From assembly GCA_030754595.1 (NCBI GenBank), contig JASLZZ010000046.1:1-30798 (forward strand): a stretch of 30,798 nt of DNA, read 5' to 3'. Positions 27,125-30,798 of the stretch are shown one piece after another. A program made the translations under genes and the position numbers. Position 1 is the stretch's first letter; the number at the start of each line of letters is the position of its first letter. The stretch comes from Nitrospinota bacterium. GTDB taxonomy: Bacteria > UBA8248. The notes beneath the pieces are model-generated. The model saw nothing but the letters and a program-made list of their open reading frames with translations, searched no databases and was not told the origin of the DNA.

Positions 27125-27748
27125 TCATTCATCCCCGCCATGGGGCTGAGCCCCACCCGGGGGCCGAGCCCCGCGTGAAACAAACCACAGGATTCCTCCC
27201 AACAGACCGGCCTTGATCAAATCACTTTCGACATAGACCCCATGGTAGAGGCCGAATCGCCTCGCGGCGGCGGAAGCCGCTCCGGACGTCCCGGCCGCGC
27301 CGGCGAAGGCCAGGGCCTTTCCAGTCTCCTCGATACTCGGTCCCAGCCAGAAGACATGAGACACCACTACCGTCAGGACGGAGAGGGCGAGAAAAATTTC
27401 CACCCGGCCCCAGCCGCCAAACCAGTCTCCAGACCGGCCGCCAAGCATCATCATTCCAAGCAACAGAGCCCCTGCCGCGAGTTGGACCCGGTTCCAGCCA
27501 TGGAACATCCCGCGATTGATCTCCCCCGCCGTGCGCCTGAGGGCCCTCTCCCTCGGGCCCTCCGGAGTCGCTGAAAACCTCTCCGAAATCCCCGGATTAT
27601 TCTTGACCGATAAAACGCTGAAAGTGACGTTGGCCGAATACCAGACGAACAGGGACACCCCCAGCCAGGCCGATAAAATCACGACCAGGGGAATCTGATA
27701 TCGCCTCCGCACCGGACGCTCCGGCTGCGATCCGCCCGTCTTCATCAT
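27125..27748 (-). CDS. Four-TM membrane protein (DUF4149-like)
   Basis: Four hydrophobic helices, AGEINRGMF, RFGLYHG; GGGAG RBS. Confidence 0.7.
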   Translation of the reverse strand: MMKTGGSQPERPVRRRYQIPLVVILSAWLGVSLFVWYSANVTFSVLSVKNNPGISERFSATPEGPRERALRRTAGEINRGMFHGWNRVQLAAGALLLGMMMLGGRSGDWFGGWGRVEIFLALSVLTVVVSHVFWLGPSIEETGKALAFAGAAGTSGAASAAARRFGLYHGVYVESDLIKAGLLGGILWFVSRGARPPGGAQPHGGDE

Positions 27749-27790
27749 GTCCGCTCCCTACTCGGGAAGCGGTGGCATGCCCGCTCCCTA
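27746..27790 (-). promoter_or_regulatory. Duplicated translation-initiation region creating mini-ORF MPPLPE* (27758-27778)
   Basis: TAGGGAGCGGGCATG and TAGGGAGCGGACATG are 30 bp apart on the minus strand. Confidence 0.5.
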
Positions 27791-28089
27791 TTAGGGGGCA
27801 TCGGGAATCGCCCCACCGGCGGCTCCGCCCGCACCGGACACTCCGGCCGCCATCGAGCGGCCCGGCATCAAGCTCCCGGCTGGCCTTTTAAACACCCCCC
27901 GGCCTCCTCCGCCCGCGAACCGAAAGCGGGTTCCACTCACAACCCGAAATCGGAAAGCGCCATACCTTAATCGACTTCCCGCTGATCAGAAATAATCTAT
28001 TGATAATATTCATGTTAACAGCCGATTTGCATCGTCTCGCTAAACCTGCATCCAGACGCTAAGACGTCACTTTAGGTTTCGATGTGTTC

Positions 28090-28983
28090 CTACTGAAAAA
28101 CAGTAACTAACACCCCGCCGGACACCACCATCCCCCCGGCCATGACAATCCGAATCGAGATTTTCTCCTGCCGCCCCAGGAAGAGCGCACTCAAAATCAA
28201 GACCCACAAGGGGTAAAGCCGGCTGATGGGGAGAATGATGATCACATCTCCGGACACCAAGGCGCTCCAGAATAAAACCGATCCCCCAAGGTTCAACATT
28301 CCCGCCCCGGCAAAGAAAGCCATGCTATTAAAATCGGCTTCTATCTTTCCGCCCCTCGGGAGTAAACGCCGCCCGGCAAGCATAGTGAGCGTCCCCGCCG
28401 TGAACGCCACCCCAAACCCCAGCAGCGGGGTTTGCTGATGAATAAAGGCGAATTTGGCGAATATCGGCACAAAAGCATAAGCCACCGACGAGATCACCGG
28501 AAATACGAGCGCACCCCGGAACCACCCGCCCCCGCCGTCATCCTCCTCAGGATATGCGAGCAAGGCCACCCCAGCCACGATGGTCATCGTACCGGCCACC
28601 ACGGCCAACCCCGGGCGCTCGCCCAGCGCGATTACCGCGAAAACTATGCCCCAGAGTGGCGAGGAAGATTGAATAGAGGTCGAACGGCTCACCCCCATCC
28701 GTTCGATACCCGTGTAATGGGTGAGCGTGCCTACCCCCTGGGCGAAAATTCCGATCACGGCGAACCACAGGAGCGGCACGAGGGCGGTTGTGAATAGCGT
28801 TCCCCGGAGTGCCGCAGCGGTGAGCCCGCCCGCCGCGACAATTGAGTTCACCGTCAGGAGTGCGGCAAGGGGGGTTCCACCCAACATCCCGCGCCGGATG
28901 CTGACGAGGGTTCCTGCATAAAGAACAGAGGAAGCGATGGCGAGATATTCGCTCCGGATGCCGCTGAATAGGAGGTCGGTCAT
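28090..28983 (-). CDS. EamA/DMT family transporter
   Basis: About 10 TM segments, two EamA repeats, GIERMGVSR, ALGERP, FLGRQEKIS. Confidence 0.9.
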   Translation of the reverse strand: MTDLLFSGIRSEYLAIASSVLYAGTLVSIRRGMLGGTPLAALLTVNSIVAAGGLTAAALRGTLFTTALVPLLWFAVIGIFAQGVGTLTHYTGIERMGVSRSTSIQSSSPLWGIVFAVIALGERPGLAVVAGTMTIVAGVALLAYPEEDDGGGGWFRGALVFPVISSVAYAFVPIFAKFAFIHQQTPLLGFGVAFTAGTLTMLAGRRLLPRGGKIEADFNSMAFFAGAGMLNLGGSVLFWSALVSGDVIIILPISRLYPLWVLILSALFLGRQEKISIRIVMAGGMVVSGGVLVTVFQ

Positions 28984-29195
28984 TTCGGGCCGGACTCTAG
29001 CACATTGACGCAAAGCACGCTTTCACTCGAGGCGCCAGAACAATTCACCCTACTCCCCTTATTCCACCACCGGGCCGGCGGCGCCCATTCCTTCCCCCGC
29101 TCTCATCTGCTAACCTCCCATGGAATTTCCCCCTATGCGACGCTGACGAATCCGGGCATTGTGGTTCAGGATTTTTTTCCAAAAGGAGCAACTCG

Positions 29196-29693
29196 ATGGC
29201 CTTAAAAGCAACCATGACGACCAGCCGGGGCGATATTGAACTCGACCTGCACGAGGAGCACGCCCCGGTGACTGTGGCGAATTTCGTCAACCTGACCCAG
29301 CGGGGCTTCTACGACGGCCTAAGCTTCCACCGGGTGATCGACAATTTTATGATTCAGGGCGGCTGCCCGAGCGGAACAGGCACTGGTGGTCCCGGCTACG
29401 CCTTCGAGGACGAGTGCACCTCCAAACTCACCCACGACGGCCCCGGCATCCTCTCGATGGCAAACGCTGGCCCCGGCACCAACGGCTCCCAGTTTTTCAT
29501 CACCCACGCCGAAACCGGCTGGCTCGACGGCAAACACACCGTCTTTGGCCGCGTGACCGAGGGTCAGCGAGTCGTGAACAAGATCCAGCAAGGCGATACC
29601 ATCGATAAAATCACTATCGAGGGAGACACCGCAGCCCTCCTCGAAGCGCAGAGCGAATACGTCGAAGCCTGGAACGGTATGCTCGACGGGTAA
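29196..29693 (+). CDS. Cyclophilin-type peptidyl-prolyl cis-trans isomerase
   Basis: [64 protein letters not shown]. Confidence 0.96.
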   Translation: MALKATMTTSRGDIELDLHEEHAPVTVANFVNLTQRGFYDGLSFHRVIDNFMIQGGCPSGTGTGGPGYAFEDECTSKLTHDGPGILSMANAGPGTNGSQFFITHAETGWLDGKHTVFGRVTEGQRVVNKIQQGDTIDKITIEGDTAALLEAQSEYVEAWNGMLDG

Positions 29694-29726
29694 TCTTTTT
29701 CTTTTATAAAAAAAAAGGAAACTATA

Positions 29727-30032
29727 ATGGCCGATGACCGCGTTTTCATATTCGTAACGCTCACACCCCAAGTCGGAAAAGAAACAGGCGCCGAAGCCCT
29801 CCTCCGAGGAATGTGCGCTCCCTCCCGCGCGGAAGAAGGATGTATCCTCTATGACATCTATGCCCCCCAGGACGGCAGTAACGCGATTCATTTATTCGAA
29901 TGTTGGCGTGATCAGGCCGCCCTCGACGCCCACCGCGAAATGCCGCATTATAAGAATTTCCGCGAACAACTGGGCGACCTGATGGAGGGACCGCCCCAGG
30001 CCCACCTTCTCAACGCGTTGGACTCCGCCTAG
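29727..30032 (+). CDS. Antibiotic biosynthesis monooxygenase (ABM) family protein
   Basis: SRAEEGCILYD, LFECWRDQAALDAHREMPHY. Confidence 0.9.
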   Translation: MADDRVFIFVTLTPQVGKETGAEALLRGMCAPSRAEEGCILYDIYAPQDGSNAIHLFECWRDQAALDAHREMPHYKNFREQLGDLMEGPPQAHLLNALDSA

Positions 30033-30058
30033 GGAACGTGATGGACTCCGTCCAGGGA
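30013..30058. repeat. 23-bp tandem duplication across the ABM stop codon
   Basis: ACGCGTTGGACTCCGCCTAGGGA followed directly by ACGTGATGGACTCCGTCCAGGGA (19/23 identical). Confidence 0.65.
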
Positions 30059-30222
30059 GAGGGGCTACAAACGCTCCTGTCCATCCTCGCCATCAAGAGC
30101 ATGACGAACCGGGTCATCCAGATATTGTAGGGTGCTATCGTGACCGGTTATTTAAGAAGAAGCCGGCTTCAGGTTAGGCAGGCTGAGTGACAAGGATGTC
30201 CTCCGGCTAACCGACCCTGGAC

Positions 30223-30591
30223 TCAAGCCAACTCTTCCTCCCCAGCAATGAAGGCCATCATCAGAGAGGCAAGATGGTCGCGCTCATCTTCCGAAAAGTT
30301 GATCGAAAGACCTACGGACCATGTGGGCGGATCGGCTTGGTTCTCTAAAACATGAACCACTGTTCCGGTCAGACCCGAAAGCGTAATATCGTATAAATTA
30401 ATGGTGCAAGGCGATGTATCGCCGATCCTCGGGCATTTCGTCAAGTTGATTTTAAAGCCCCCAGTACTAAAGTCTTCCGGATAGAGCGGATCGTCTGAGG
30501 GTTCGGGGATCGAGACAAAAAAATCCTCGGCGGAGTGGGTGCTCCCGACTTTATAATCAAACCGGGTGAATTCGCGCTTCTCATCACTCAT
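30223..30591 (-). CDS. Stand-alone PilZ-domain protein
   Basis: N-terminal RxxxR (REFTR) and D/NxSxxG (DFSTGG) c-di-GMP-binding motifs, GTVVHV, VGLSI; AAGGA upstream. Confidence 0.75.
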   Translation of the reverse strand: MSDEKREFTRFDYKVGSTHSAEDFFVSIPEPSDDPLYPEDFSTGGFKINLTKCPRIGDTSPCTINLYDITLSGLTGTVVHVLENQADPPTWSVGLSINFSEDERDHLASLMMAFIAGEEELA

Positions 30592-30798
30592 TCTCTATAA
30601 TTCCTTCTTAGGGGAACCTCTAAAAACCGCCTAACTTCCCCCGATTTTGTGTTATCACAGCATTTTAGCCACAATTCATACCCATTTTCCATTTTATCTT
30701 CGGCCACCGGAACTCCGAAGAGCCTCCCGATGGCCGGTTTTTCTCATGCGCGCGCAGGTATCCCGTCTCTGGCCAACCAGACAAGGCGGCGCATGTTG

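Overview
Bacterial, mostly GC-rich window with two distinct halves. The left part (1 to ~12.2 kb) is a mosaic, decaying accessory/catabolic region. It holds the left end of an IS3-family element, a ThDP-dependent acetolactate-synthase-like enzyme, RidA, a DHH phosphoesterase with three in-frame stops, a PNPOx-like protein and a ~110-bp MITE. It also holds a truncated gamma-resorcylate-decarboxylase-like fragment, several small ORFs below the ORF-track cutoff, and a minus-strand run of PEP-hydrolase-like TIM barrel, Tm-1-like pseudogene, atypical SdhA/NadB-fold flavoprotein and beta-hydroxyacid dehydrogenase. The last gene is followed by a diverged duplicate of its own 3' end. The right part (~12.3 to 30.8 kb) is dominated by an intact, tightly coupled ~13.4-kb minus-strand operon: degenerate MBL-fold protein, Tat-exported DUF4159-like protein, VWA/GATase-like membrane protein, ~1190-aa membrane-anchored coiled-coil protein, secreted TPR-gluzincin peptidase, MoxR AAA+, DUF58 and BatA/VWA. 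A NYN-LOTUS protein lies downstream of it. DUF4149-like, EamA, cyclophilin, ABM and PilZ genes close the window. No rRNA, tRNA or CRISPR array was seen. Family calls come from motif recognition by eye, not from database searches.
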